Positions 1 through 10,791 of a stretch of 64,000 nt of DNA are shown piece by piece. A program made the position numbers and the translations under genes. The stretch is from NCBI GenBank assembly GCA_963827755.1, contig CAWHCQ010000011.1, forward strand, positions 1 to 64,000, read 5' to 3'. Numbering within the stretch: position 1 is the stretch's first letter; every line of letters begins with the position of its first letter. This DNA is from an uncultured Gammaproteobacteria bacterium (GTDB taxonomy: Bacteria > Pseudomonadota > Gammaproteobacteria > UBA9214). The notes under the pieces were generated by a model. The model saw nothing but the letters and a program-made list of their open reading frames with translations. It did not search any database and was not told the origin of the DNA.

Positions 1-3000
1 ACACGGCCTTCAGCCAGGGGTCCGAAACGGCGACAGTGACGGTGGTAGACGGGGTCTTGTGGCTGACCACGGAGCATAATGTAAGCAGCGGTGGTGCAAG
101 TGGTCTCGACGCCTGGGAGAAAGGCGATCTGCTGCTGTTCGGCAGTCCGGATCTTTCCTTCGCAGGCTCCCGCAACCAGTGGCAGCTTTGCGGCGGCATT
201 TGATATCGACCGGTTCGCGCCGGGCGCCGATACCAATGCGATACATTATGTCACGCGTGACATGCAGCTTGGCAGCTCCGGCTTCCAGCTCAAGGCAGGT
301 GACCTGCTGCTATCCCTGGACCAGGACAGCAATACCCTGGCCAGCAGCTCCGTGCCGGCTGCGCCGGGATTCACGAACACGCTCACGGTGAAAGACAACG
401 ACGTGTTTGTCTTCCGCCCGGATAGCGCAGGTGATTACAGTGCCGGCACCTTTGCCATGCTGCTGGAAAACCCGCTCGGTGCCGACATCCGCGCCCTCAC
501 CCTCGTGCAGCAGAACACCACCGTGGGTGACACGGTCCTGCAGAAAGGTGATTTCCTGATGTCCGCGAGCGGCGGCGTATTCGACAAAAAGATAACGCTC
601 TGGGAGACAGGCGACGTCGGGGCGGGGTCCACCAGCGGCATACCCGTTACGCTGCTGGATGGCAGCGATGTCAATGTGAAGACTCGGTGGACATATCTGG
701 GGCATTGACCTGGTCGAAAGGTCAACCAGCACGGGTGGACAGACCCTTGGGTCCGGTACGATCCTGCTGAGTGTCCACGCGAGTACCGACGTGGGGAAGA
801 ACAACCTCAGCGTCAAAAACAGTGATGTTTTTGCGCTGGCGGTGACAAAGACCACCCTGGTGGCCGGCACCGGCAACGGGGAGGCGACGGCATCGATGTT
901 TTTCGCCGGTGCGGATGTCGGCCTGGATTCAGGCGATGAGCATCTTGACGGGCTGGCGCTCGTATTTGTCAGTCCGAACAACGCCCCGCTGGCTACAGAC
1001 GACGGCAGCCTCGCGACACCGCTGAGCACGGCGGAGGACACCGCGGTCGCGATCGACGTGCTTGCCAACGACACGGATCCCGACGGCAGCCTCGACCCGG
1101 CCACGGTCAGCATCGTCAGCGGACCGCTCCATGGCACGCTGTCCGTCAATGCCGTCAGCGGCGTGGTGACCTATACCCCGGACGCGGACTACACGCGGCA
1201 GCGACGCCTTCAGCTACACGGTCAGGGACGACAGCGGGGACACCTCGAACCTGGCGCAGGTGATGCTGGAGGTGACGCGCGGTCAATGATGCGCCGGTGG
1301 TGACCCCGGTTGACCTCGGCAACAGTGACGAGGATGCCGGCCGGCTCATCACCCAGGCCGAGCTGCTGGCGGGCGTCAGCGATGTCGACAACCTGCCCGC
1401 GGAACTGGCCGCCGGGAACCTGGCCGTGACCGGCGGCAGCGGCACGCTGGTCGATCATGCCGACGGCACATGGACATTTACCCCGACCCTGAACTGGAGC
1501 GGGGGGGTAACGTTCGGCTTCGACGTGAGCGACGGCAGCGAAAGCACAGCCAAACACGGCCACGCTGACGGTCGATCCACTCAACGATGCGCCACAGGTC
1601 GATGCCGTCACCAGCGACACCGGCACACAGGACACAGACCGGGTCTACAGCCATGACGAGCTGCTGTCCCTGCTAAATGCAACCGACGTGGACGATGCGG
1701 ATGCCGATCTCACGATCGCGCATCAGCAATGTGGTCAATGGCAGCCTGAGCCTGATCGGCGGTACGGGCGGGGCCGGTACCACCTTCACCTTTACACCCA
1801 CGAGCGGCTTCAACGGCATCCTCGGCTTCGACTACCAGGTGGCCGATGCCGCGGGCGCGCTCTCCGCCACCGGCAGCGCCAGCCTGAACATCATCGCAGC
1901 CAATCAAGCACCGCTCGCCAGTGACGACGGCAGTGCGGCGACGCCGCTCGGCACAGCCGAGGACACGCCGGTCGATATCGACTGTGCTGGCCAACGACAC
2001 GGACCCCGACGGCAGCCTCGACCCGGCCACGGTCAACATCGGCAGCGGCCCGGCGAACGGCTCGCTGAGCGTCCACCCGGTGACCGGCGTGGTGACTTAT
2101 ACCCCGGATGCGAACTACGCAGGCGCTGACAGCTTCACCTACACGGTCAGGGACAACGACGGTGCCGTCTCGAACCTGGCCAGGGTGCATCTGGAAGTGA
2201 CCCCGGTGAACGACGCCCCGGTGGCCAATGACGACGGCAGCCTCGCGATCCCGGTCAGCACGGCGGAGGACACCGCGTTGGCGATCGATGTGCTCGCCAA
2301 CGACACGGATCTCGACGGCAGCCTCGACCCGGCCACGGTCAGCATCCTCAGCGCGTCCGGCCCACGGTACGCTGGCGCTCAATGCCGTGACCGGCGTGGT
2401 GACCTATACCCCGGCCGCGGACTACACCGGCAGCGACGCCTTCAGCTACACGGTCAGGGACGACAGCGGGGCCATCTCGAACCTGGCCCGGGTGCTGCTG
2501 GAGGTGACCGCGGTCAATGATGCGCCGCGGTGACCCCGGTTGATCTCGGCAACATCGACGAGGATACCAGCCGGCTGATTACCCAGGCCGATCTGCTGGC
2601 GGGTGCCAGCGACGTCGATAATCCGCCCGCGGATCTGAGTCGCGCAGAACCTGGCCGTGACCGGCGGCAGCGGCACGCTGCTCGATAATGCCGACGGCAG
2701 CTGGACGCTCAAGCTGACGGATAACTGGAACGGGACAGTGACCTTCAGCTTCACTGTCAGCGACGGCACGGCAAGTGTGCCGAACACGGCCACACTGACG
2801 GTCGATCCCGTCAGCGACGCGCCCGACATCGATGGCGTCGACAGCGCGGCGCTGACAGAAGACAACGATGCCGATCTCGATGGCCTGCTCGAGGCCGCTG
2901 ATGCACTGACCATCAGCGATCCCGACAGCGGCGAGTCGTTTTTCGTGGCCACAACCCTGACAGGTGCCTATGGCGAGCTGACGATCGATGCCGCCGGTAA

Positions 3001-4157
3001 CTGGAGCTATGCCGCCGACAACAGCCAGGCGGCGATCCAGTCGCTCGCCGCCGGGGCAACGCTCACCGATACCTTCACGGTATACAGTGCCGATGGCACG
3101 GACCATGATGTGGCCATCACCATTACCGGTATCAACGACGCACCCACCGTGGCTAATCCCCATACAGGACCAGGCCGCTGTTGAAAATGCAGCCTTCGTA
3201 TTCAGCTTTGCGTTGAACGCATTTGAGGATGTGGATGGTGACAACCTTGCATACAGCATTACCCTGGGTGACGGCAGCGCCTTGCCGGCCTGGCTGAGTT
3301 TCGATGCGACAACCCGGACCCTGTCCGGTACGCCGACGCTTGCAGATGTCGGCATGATTGTTTTGAAGGTCACCGCCGACGACGGCAAGGGCGGTGTGGT
3401 CAGCGATGAATTCAACCTGACCGTGAGCGAAATCGATACGCTACCGGTCGTTGTTATTTCCACGCCTGATCCGGTTGGTGAGACTTTGCCACCCGTCGAT
3501 ACCGGAACACCGGACCCCCCGACCGGGGAAACCGAACCAGGACCGGATGCCGAACCGGACACCCAACCGCCACGCACGGGTGGTGGCGGTCCTGTTGAGG
3601 GCCCGTCTGCAGAACCCGCGACAGAGCCTGGCGCTGCAGAACCCGCAGACAAGGCGGTGCCCGAGCAGGCTGCCGCACCGGATGAAGCGGCTGAGCCGGA
3701 GGCAGACACAGCCACAGAACAGGCCAGACCCGTTGATTCAACAGCCGATACCAATGGCACCGGGCTGAGATCGGGTCAGGGCGGGCTGCTGGAAATCGGT
3801 GGCTTCCTGAAGGAGCTGGATGAGCAGCGGGACCTGATACACGAGACGGATTATTTCCAGCAGACCGTCGTCGGCTCGACCATGACCGTGACCACCGGGC
3901 TTTCCGTTGGTTACGTGGTGTGGCTGATCCGCGGCGGTGTGTTGCTGAGCAGCCTGCTTTCGTCATTGCCTGCCTGGCGCTGGGTTGACCCGCTGCCGAT
4001 ACTCGGGAGCCTTGCCAGGGACTCCGAGGACGATGAAGAGGATGACGCCTCGCTGGAGGAGATGGTCGAGGGGGGTGAGGATGATCCGGATAGCGAAAAC
4101 GAAGCGGATGATGACAAGGCTGACGTGCCTGAAAGCACCTGTCGATACTCGCGATGA
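1..4157 (+). CDS. Giant repeat-containing surface protein/adhesin (Ig-like tandem repeats, cadherin-like, VCBS and CADG/He_PIG-type domains, Pro/Glu linker, C-terminal hydrophobic segment); 5'-partial and broken by many single-base frameshifts
   Basis: Consecutive + strand ORF fragments (91-708, 791-1303, 1297-1656, 1677-2129, 1921-2520, 2228-2533, 2657-3184, 2988-4157) carry repeated motifs such as NxAPxAxDD...TAEDT...IDVLANDTDPDG...VVTYTP..Y.G.D.F.YTV.D, a VCBS-type GELTIDAAGNWSY...DTFTV, and LPAWLSFDATTRTLSGTP. These join into one protein when frames are switched. Confidence 0.85.
985..2820 (+). repeat. Intragenic direct repeats: about 600 bp unit at ~985-1590 repeated at ~2218-2820, plus a third copy of the Ig-like module at ~1905-2215
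   Basis: Near-identical DNA: gacggcagcctcgacccggccacggtca occurs three times, and gtgaccccggttga(c/t)ctcggcaaca...gaacctggccgtgaccggcggcagcggcacgctg occurs twice. Confidence 0.85.
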
Positions 4158-4208
4158 GTAAACAACCATGATTATGAATCTGTCTATTACCAAACCGGTG
4201 AGCTGATT

Positions 4209-6732
4209 ATGAAAGGACTTATCCGCAAAGTTTCACATCACAGTAGGCCTCGGATTCCTGCTCTTGAGCCTGATGTTGTCCGCGGTCTTTTTCGGGCTGG
4301 TACCTGACCAGGTCAAGGCGGTGCGGGACGGGCGTGCGAATCTGCTGGAAGCGGTTGCCTCCAGCAGTTCACTGTTTGTCGAGCAGGGGGATATCAAGGG
4401 GCTTGATGCGAATCTCAAATTTATCGTGTCACGCAACGGCGATATCGAGTCGGCCGCTGTGCGCCGCGAGAACGGCGAAATGCTGTTGACCGTCGGCGAG
4501 CATGAGGCCTTCTGGGGAAAGAAGGGCGAGGGTTACTCCACGGATACCGATCTGCAGGTCCCGATCTGGTCAGGCACCGAGAAATGGGGGCAGGTCGAGT
4601 TGCGTTACAAGCCGCTTGCCGCCCCTGGCATAAAAGGGTTTTTCCAGAACGCGAATGTCCACCTGATTGCCTTCATCGTGTTTGCCGGCTTCATTGGGTT
4701 TTATCTTTATCTTGGCAAGATGCTCAAGCAGCTGGATCCCTCGCAGGCGGTCCCCGCGCGTGTTCGTTCGGCACTCGATACCATCGTCGAAGGTTTGCTG
4801 GTGGTCGATAACAAGGGGCAGATCGTGCTGTCGAACATTGCATTCGCCTCGCTTATGTCGAAGTCGTCCGAGGATCTGCTTGGTACCAGGGTCAGTGATC
4901 TTTCCTGGTACAGGCCGGATGGGGAGCAAGCTACAGAAGCGGATTTCCCATGGTTAAGGGCATTGAAAGAAAAGAGTGCCACTACGAATGACATGATCTG
5001 TTTACTTGATGCCGATTCAAAGCGACGCACGTTTATCGTTAATTGTTCGCCTGTCCTCAGTAGCGGTGGGAAGCAGGGCGGTGTACTCATCAGCTTCGAT
5101 GATGTAACGCTGCTCGAAGAGAAGGAAGTCGAGTTGCGCCTGTCCAAGGAGGAAGCCGAGGAGGCCAACCAGGCGAAGAGTGATTTTCTCGCCAACATGA
5201 GCCACGAGATCCGCTCGCCCATGAATGCCATCCTCGGTTTTACCGAGGTCCTCAAGCGGGGCTACTTTAAAGACAAGGACGACTGGCTGAAACATCTCAA
5301 TACGATTTCAAGCAGCGGCAATCACCTGCTGGAACTGATTAACGACGTTCTTGACCTGTCCAAGGTCGAAGCGGGGCGTCTTGATGTTGAACAAGTCCAG
5401 TTTGTACCGCACATCATCATCCAGGATGTCATCCAGGTGCTCGCGGTGAAGGCCCAGGAGAAGGGTCTTTCCCTGGACATGGAGGTCTCCGGTCCCATAC
5501 CGGAATCGATCATCTCGGACTCGTCACGCCTGCGTCAGATCGTCACCAACCTGTTGACCAACGCCATTAAGTTCACGGAACAGGGCGGGATCCGGGTGGT
5601 CATGCGGCTGATCCCGTCGCGCACACAGCCGCTGCTGGCGATCGATGTGATCGACAACGGTATTGGCATCGCCGAGTCGAAGCTAGAGTCGGTTTTTGAA
5701 GAGTTTGTCCAGGCGGATACCTCCATTACGCGGCGTTTTGGCGGGACCGGCCTGGGCTTGTCGATCAGCCGCCGCCTGTCCCGTTTACTCGGCGGCGATA
5801 TAACCGTATCCAGTGAAGCGGGCAAGGGGAGCGTGTTCACGGCGACAGTTGGCACAGGCCCGCTCGACAATATCAGGCTGTTGACAGCAGAAGATATCGC
5901 AGCACTGGCAGAAGTTACGCACTCCGGAGACGCGGTCTCATGGGAATTTCCACCCTCCCGGGTGCTGGTTGTCGATGATGGCCAGGAGAACCGTGACCTG
6001 GCGACGCTTGTCCTCGAGCAGGTCGGGCTTACGGTCGAGCAGGCCGAGAATGGCAAGCTCGGCGCCGACAGGGCGCTGGCGGAGACATTTGACGTCATCC
6101 TGATGGATATCCAGATGCCGGTCATGGATGGCAATGCAGCCACCCGCTACCTGCGCGAGCAGGGCCTGCAAACCCCGATTGTCGCGCTGACGGCGCACGC
6201 CATGAAGGGCTTCGAGCAGGAAATCGAGGCGGCCGGGTTTACCGGGTTCATGACCAAGCCGATCGATATCGACGGCCTGATCGAGATGCTGGCGGAGTTG
6301 CTGGGCGGCCGACGTGTCGAGGACGGGACAAAGAGCGATTTTCCCGCCATGCCGGTGGCCGCTGCCCCGGCCGCATCTCCCCCGGCCGATGCCGAAGCCG
6401 CGCTGGTATCGCGCTTGCCGGCGGACAATCCCGCCTTCAGGGAGATAATCCGCAAGTTCGTTGCACGTCTCGATGAACAACTCAAGTCAATGGAACAGGC
6501 CTGGGGGGCGAGGAACTTCGAGGAACTGGCAAACCTGGCGCACTGGCTGAAGGGGTCCGGCGGAACGGTTGGCTTCGATGCCTTTACCGAACCGGCCGCG
6601 CGCCTGGAGCAACTGGCCAGGGCGGGCTGCGAGGAGAATGTTACAGAAACACTGCAGGAACTGTCCCGAATGGCCGGCAGGATAGCAATGCCCGGGGCGG
6701 ACAAGCCTGCATCCCTGGAACAGTCGGCCTAG
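4209..6732 (+). CDS. Membrane hybrid sensor histidine kinase (2 TM, PAS, HisKA, HATPase_c, REC, Hpt); likely ATG at 4209 with a 1-bp frameshift near 4220
   Basis: H-box FLANMSHEIRSPMNAI, N-box NLLTNAIKFT, G-boxes DNGIGI and GGTGLGL, REC DVILMDIQMP, Hpt AHWLKGSGG. The reading frame is open upstream of 4264 (LSAKFHITVGLGF) but the ATG at 4209 is in another frame. Confidence 0.92.
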
Positions 6733-6896
6733 CGCGCTGCGCCGGCCCGGGGTCAGGCTCAAGATGGCTGGCGGGACGCCGACACAGTGTATGTGCCATA
6801 TACCCGGTGTCCGCGGTGCCGGGTATGCAGTGACCGTTGCGGGTAGCGCCAGGTGTTCAATGCGGGATAGATGACGAAACTGATTCAGGGCTAACG

Positions 6897-8747
6897 ATGC
6901 AAAAATACAAATTATTCAGAGGCAATGCCTTGCCGGCAGAAACGCAGCCAACGACAAATGCCGAAGCTGTCGTGGCGCCGCAGGTGTCTCGCTCTGGCGG
7001 CAGTACGGACCGCAACGCTGCAGTCGTCAACGATGCAGTCATCATGATGGTCGATGATGAACCGATCAATATGGAAATCGTTCAGGCCTACCTTGAAGAT
7101 GCGGGCTACAGTAATTTCATTACAACCAGTGACTCCACATGTGCCATGGAGATGATCAAGCAGAAACTGCCCGATGTCATCCTGCTGGACCTGGTGATGC
7201 CGGAGGTTACCGGATTTGACATCCTCGAGAGTTTGAAACGCGATGACTCGCTGGTACATATCCCGGTCATCGTGCTGACCTCATCCAATGATTCGGAGAC
7301 GAAGCTCAAGGCGTTACACCATGGTGCGACCGACTTTCTCGCCAAGCCGGTGGACACCAGTGAGCTGGTACTGCGCTTGCGTAATACGCTCAAGGCCAAG
7401 GCCTACCAGGATCACCTTATTTATTATGACAGCCTGACCGGTTTGCCCAACCGGCGCAGGTTTTCGGACCGGCTGACGGTGGCGCTGGAACGCGCGAAAC
7501 AGCAAAAAGAATACGGTGCCATACTGCACATCGACCTCGATCGCTTCAAAAGAATCAACGATACCCTGGGACATTCAGTCGGTGACAAATTACTGCAGGT
7601 TGTGGCGGTGCGGCTGGAACTGCGCATCAGGAGCGGTGATGCACTGGGGAAATTCAAGGATGTAGATGTTCGTTCCAGCCTCTCCCGCCTCGGTGGTGAT
7701 GAGTACACGATCCTGGTTCCAAGCATGGTCCGGCCGGAAGACGCCGCGCATGTCGCCCGGCGTATCCTGGCCGCCATGGAAGAGCCGTTCCAGGTGAATG
7801 GCAACGAGTTGTTCGTGACCCCGAGTATCGGTATCTCCGTCTTCCCGGATGACGGCGATAACATAGATACCCTGCTCAAACATGCGGATATCGCGATGTA
7901 CCATGCCAAGCAACATGGCCGCAATGGCTTCGAATTCTATTCCAGGGAGATGAATTCCAGGTCACTTGAACGTCTGAACCTCGAGAACTGCCTGCGTAGT
8001 GCGCTGGATAATAATGAACTGCAGCTCTATTACCAGCCAAAACTGGATGTCATGACCGACAGGATTGTCGGTGCCGAGGCATTGCTGCGCTGGGACCACC
8101 CCGAGATGGGATTGGTCTCGCCGGCGGATTTTATCCCCTTGGCCGAAGAGTCAGGATTGATTGTTCCGATTGGAAAATGGGTGCTGGAAACGGCATGCAG
8201 GCAGGCCATGGAGTGGCAGGCCATGGGCCATGAACCTCTGAAGGTTGCGGTTAATGTCTCCATCCGGCAGTTCAACGAGCCTGGATGGATAAAGATCGTC
8301 GCAGAAGTGCTCAAGGACACTGGACTGCAACCCGGCAACCTGGCGCTCGAGTTGACGGAGAACATGTTGATGGATGGCGCCGAGGCCAATATCGAAAAAT
8401 TATCCCTGCTGAAGGAGCTTGGCGTCGGTCTCTCGATTGATGATTTCGGCACGGGTTATTCCTCACTGAGCTACCTGCAGAGATTTCCCCTTGACGAACT
8501 CAAGATTGATTTGTCATTTATCAAGCAGATCCAGACCGAGACCGACAAGGCGCCGATTGTCGATGCCGTAATCGCGATGGCACACAACCTCGGCCTCGAA
8601 ATTGTAGCCGAGGGGGTGGAAAAAACCATACAACTGGAGTATCTGAAGCAACGCGCTTGCGAGGTATACCAGGGCTACCTGTTCAGCAAAGCGGTGACGG
8701 CGAGTGAGTTTTTCGGATTGCTCGATGCCGAGCGTTCAGCCGAATAG
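6897..8747 (+). CDS. Response regulator with REC-GGDEF-EAL domains (c-di-GMP cyclase/phosphodiesterase)
   Basis: REC MVDDEP...LLDLVMP...KP; DSLTGLPNR, DLDRFKRIND, RLGGDEY; EALLRW, DDFGTGYSSLSYL, AEGVE. Confidence 0.93.
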   Translation: MQKYKLFRGNALPAETQPTTNAEAVVAPQVSRSGGSTDRNAAVVNDAVIMMVDDEPINMEIVQAYLEDAGYSNFITTSDSTCAMEMIKQKLPDVILLDLVMPEVTGFDILESLKRDDSLVHIPVIVLTSSNDSETKLKALHHGATDFLAKPVDTSELVLRLRNTLKAKAYQDHLIYYDSLTGLPNRRRFSDRLTVALERAKQQKEYGAILHIDLDRFKRINDTLGHSVGDKLLQVVAVRLELRIRSGDALGKFKDVDVRSSLSRLGGDEYTILVPSMVRPEDAAHVARRILAAMEEPFQVNGNELFVTPSIGISVFPDDGDNIDTLLKHADIAMYHAKQHGRNGFEFYSREMNSRSLERLNLENCLRSALDNNELQLYYQPKLDVMTDRIVGAEALLRWDHPEMGLVSPADFIPLAEESGLIVPIGKWVLETACRQAMEWQAMGHEPLKVAVNVSIRQFNEPGWIKIVAEVLKDTGLQPGNLALELTENMLMDGAEANIEKLSLLKELGVGLSIDDFGTGYSSLSYLQRFPLDELKIDLSFIKQIQTETDKAPIVDAVIAMAHNLGLEIVAEGVEKTIQLEYLKQRACEVYQGYLFSKAVTASEFFGLLDAERSAE

Positions 8748-9004
8748 GGGTGAACGCCCGGTAAATCCGCCAGCTTTTATTTTTACTGCCCTGCTTCTGC
8801 ATAATTAGCACGCAACGGTGACGCCCGTCACGGTCAGGTTTGTAGCAATCCCCTAAGATTACCTGGCATTCGTAACACGGCATTCGATTCCCGAACGCAT
8901 GTTTGTGTGCGGATGCATGCTGGACAAATCAGGGTGGGCCGGCATACAAGGCACATAAATGATTAACTGCTTCATTCATACTGGTCCGTCAACAAGGTGA
9001 ATTT

Positions 9005-10492
9005 ATGAATAAAACCATGTCATGTCTCGTTTCAGCAGCAGTATCTTTTGTGTGCTTGCTGGTTTCGCCCGGCGTCATAGCCGCTGACGGAGTTGTGTTG
9101 TATGGCAGTGGCAAGCCGGACAGCAGTATGAGCCTGCCTGCCGGCGGGTTTCGCAGTTCGCTTGAGTCACTGCCCGATGCCGAACGTGCCCGTGCGGTAC
9201 AGTGGTTGCAGAGTATCGAGTTTACCAGCCAGGACCTGGACTTCATGAAGCTGGACTCGCAGGGTGGCGTCTACTACGCCGACCGTTTCACGCCTGGCAG
9301 GCCTGTTGATGCCCTGGCCGAAAAACCGGCCACGCCGGGCGGGCAGGCCCCGACGGCGGCGGCTGTACTGACACTGCACAGTAACCCCGGGGCACCCAGG
9401 TCTGTTTTTGTCGATTTTGGCGGAGGTGTTATCAGTGACACTGCCTGGAACACAACCGCCGGCATTGCTGCATGGAATGCCCGGCCCTATGACCTGGACA
9501 ACAAGCCAGGCTCGTATAATGCCATTGAAATCGCTGCCATGGCTGAAATATGGCAACGGATTTCCGAGGACTTTGCGCCCTTCAATGTTGACGTAACGAC
9601 CGAGGCCCCGGCTTCGGCGTCAGCCGGAACCGTCCGCATAATGATTACCCGCAGTGTGGACGACAACAAGCAGTCGCTCCCGGAACCTGCCAGTGGCAGT
9701 GTTGCCTACATGAATATTACCGGTTTCAGCCTCGCCGGCTATTACTCGCCGGCCCTGGTGTATTACAACAACCTGCCTTCCCCGGCTTCCATTGCTGAAG
9801 CGTCCTCGCACGCCGCGGGGCATCTGTACGGTCTGAGTCATGACTCGTTACCGGCATCCGCGGGGCAGGGCGTCAGCAGCGATTCCTGGTCGCCCATCAT
9901 GGGGCTTGGACCCTTCGGTGACGTTACTCGCTGGAGCAAGGGTGACTACAGGGGTGGGGTCAATCCGCAGAATGACCTTGGCATTCTTGTCGGCGCCCTT
10001 GACCGGCGGCATGATGACCATGACGACAGTCGCTTTGGCAATGGCACCGCACTGCAGGTTGATACGCGTGGTCATGTGACCGCGACTACGCCTGCAACCG
10101 ACCCCGGGAACAGGCATTCCGCCAACAAAGGTGTCATCGAGGTTCACAATGATATCGATGTATTTGTGTTTGATGCCGCTGCGGGCATGGTTGATCTCAC
10201 GGCAAGCCCGGCCCGGTCCGATCCTGGTTCTGTCAGCCCCTCCGGCGCAAACCTTGCCGTGCAACTCACGCTGTTCAACAGCCAGGGGAAGAAGCTGATG
10301 CAAGAGAATCCGGCTAATGAAGCAGGCCCCGGAATTAGAACGCATGTGAGTGCCGGCAGTTATGTGCTCGAAGTGTCGGTTGCCGGGGATGGTGCCGGTT
10401 CCCATAACCCCGACGGCAATGTCGGGCAATACTTCATTAACGGCACTGTGCCCGTGCCCGATGCTGCCAGGGTCACTGTCTCCGCACGCTAG
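9005..10492 (+). CDS. Secreted metzincin/M12B-like protein with C-terminal PPC-like domain; catalytic Glu absent
   Basis: Signal peptide; LHSNPGA...FVDFGG; RISEDFAPFNVDVTTE; zinc motif HAAGHLYGLSH; Met-turn-like SPIMG; C-terminal DIDVFVF...AGSYVLEV. Confidence 0.7.
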   Translation: MNKTMSCLVSAAVSFVCLLVSPGVIAADGVVLYGSGKPDSSMSLPAGGFRSSLESLPDAERARAVQWLQSIEFTSQDLDFMKLDSQGGVYYADRFTPGRPVDALAEKPATPGGQAPTAAAVLTLHSNPGAPRSVFVDFGGGVISDTAWNTTAGIAAWNARPYDLDNKPGSYNAIEIAAMAEIWQRISEDFAPFNVDVTTEAPASASAGTVRIMITRSVDDNKQSLPEPASGSVAYMNITGFSLAGYYSPALVYYNNLPSPASIAEASSHAAGHLYGLSHDSLPASAGQGVSSDSWSPIMGLGPFGDVTRWSKGDYRGGVNPQNDLGILVGALDRRHDDHDDSRFGNGTALQVDTRGHVTATTPATDPGNRHSANKGVIEVHNDIDVFVFDAAAGMVDLTASPARSDPGSVSPSGANLAVQLTLFNSQGKKLMQENPANEAGPGIRTHVSAGSYVLEVSVAGDGAGSHNPDGNVGQYFINGTVPVPDAARVTVSAR

Positions 10493-10516
10493 ATTTCATC
10501 CTGTACCCCTTATACT

Positions 10517-10540
10517 CCCTCTCCCTCCTCCGGGAGAGGG
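10517..10540. repeat. Intergenic hairpin ccctctccc-N6-gggagaggg (REP-like element or terminator)
   Basis: Perfect 9-bp inverted repeat just downstream of the protease-like gene. Confidence 0.5.
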
Positions 10541-10791
10541 GGTGTTCTGTATGTGTTGTGGCGACGGGCATTTATGTCCAGCGTGTCACAGCAGTCTGTA
10601 TAAATATTTTCTTTCGTGGCGTTACAGGTACTCAAAGGTAACTATGGGATATCTGCACCTGCAAGGGCGTTTTTTTTAACCGGGACTTCTATCCAGCTCC
10701 AACCACTGCCTGATTTCGTACAGGCCTTGAAAAGGAGGATGCTTTTGCCGTAATGTCGCTATTTCGTTAAGAAAAATACAAACGCATCCCA

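Noticed and set aside
310-3760. Ser/Val/Ala-rich minus-strand ORFs with repeated MLTVAGSRLPS
   Set aside because: Mirror translations of the plus-strand adhesin repeats.
1-4230. Programmed frameshifting or phase variation in the adhesin
   Set aside because: The indels are numerous, mostly not at slippery or long homopolymer sites, and differ between repeat copies; sequencing error is more parsimonious.
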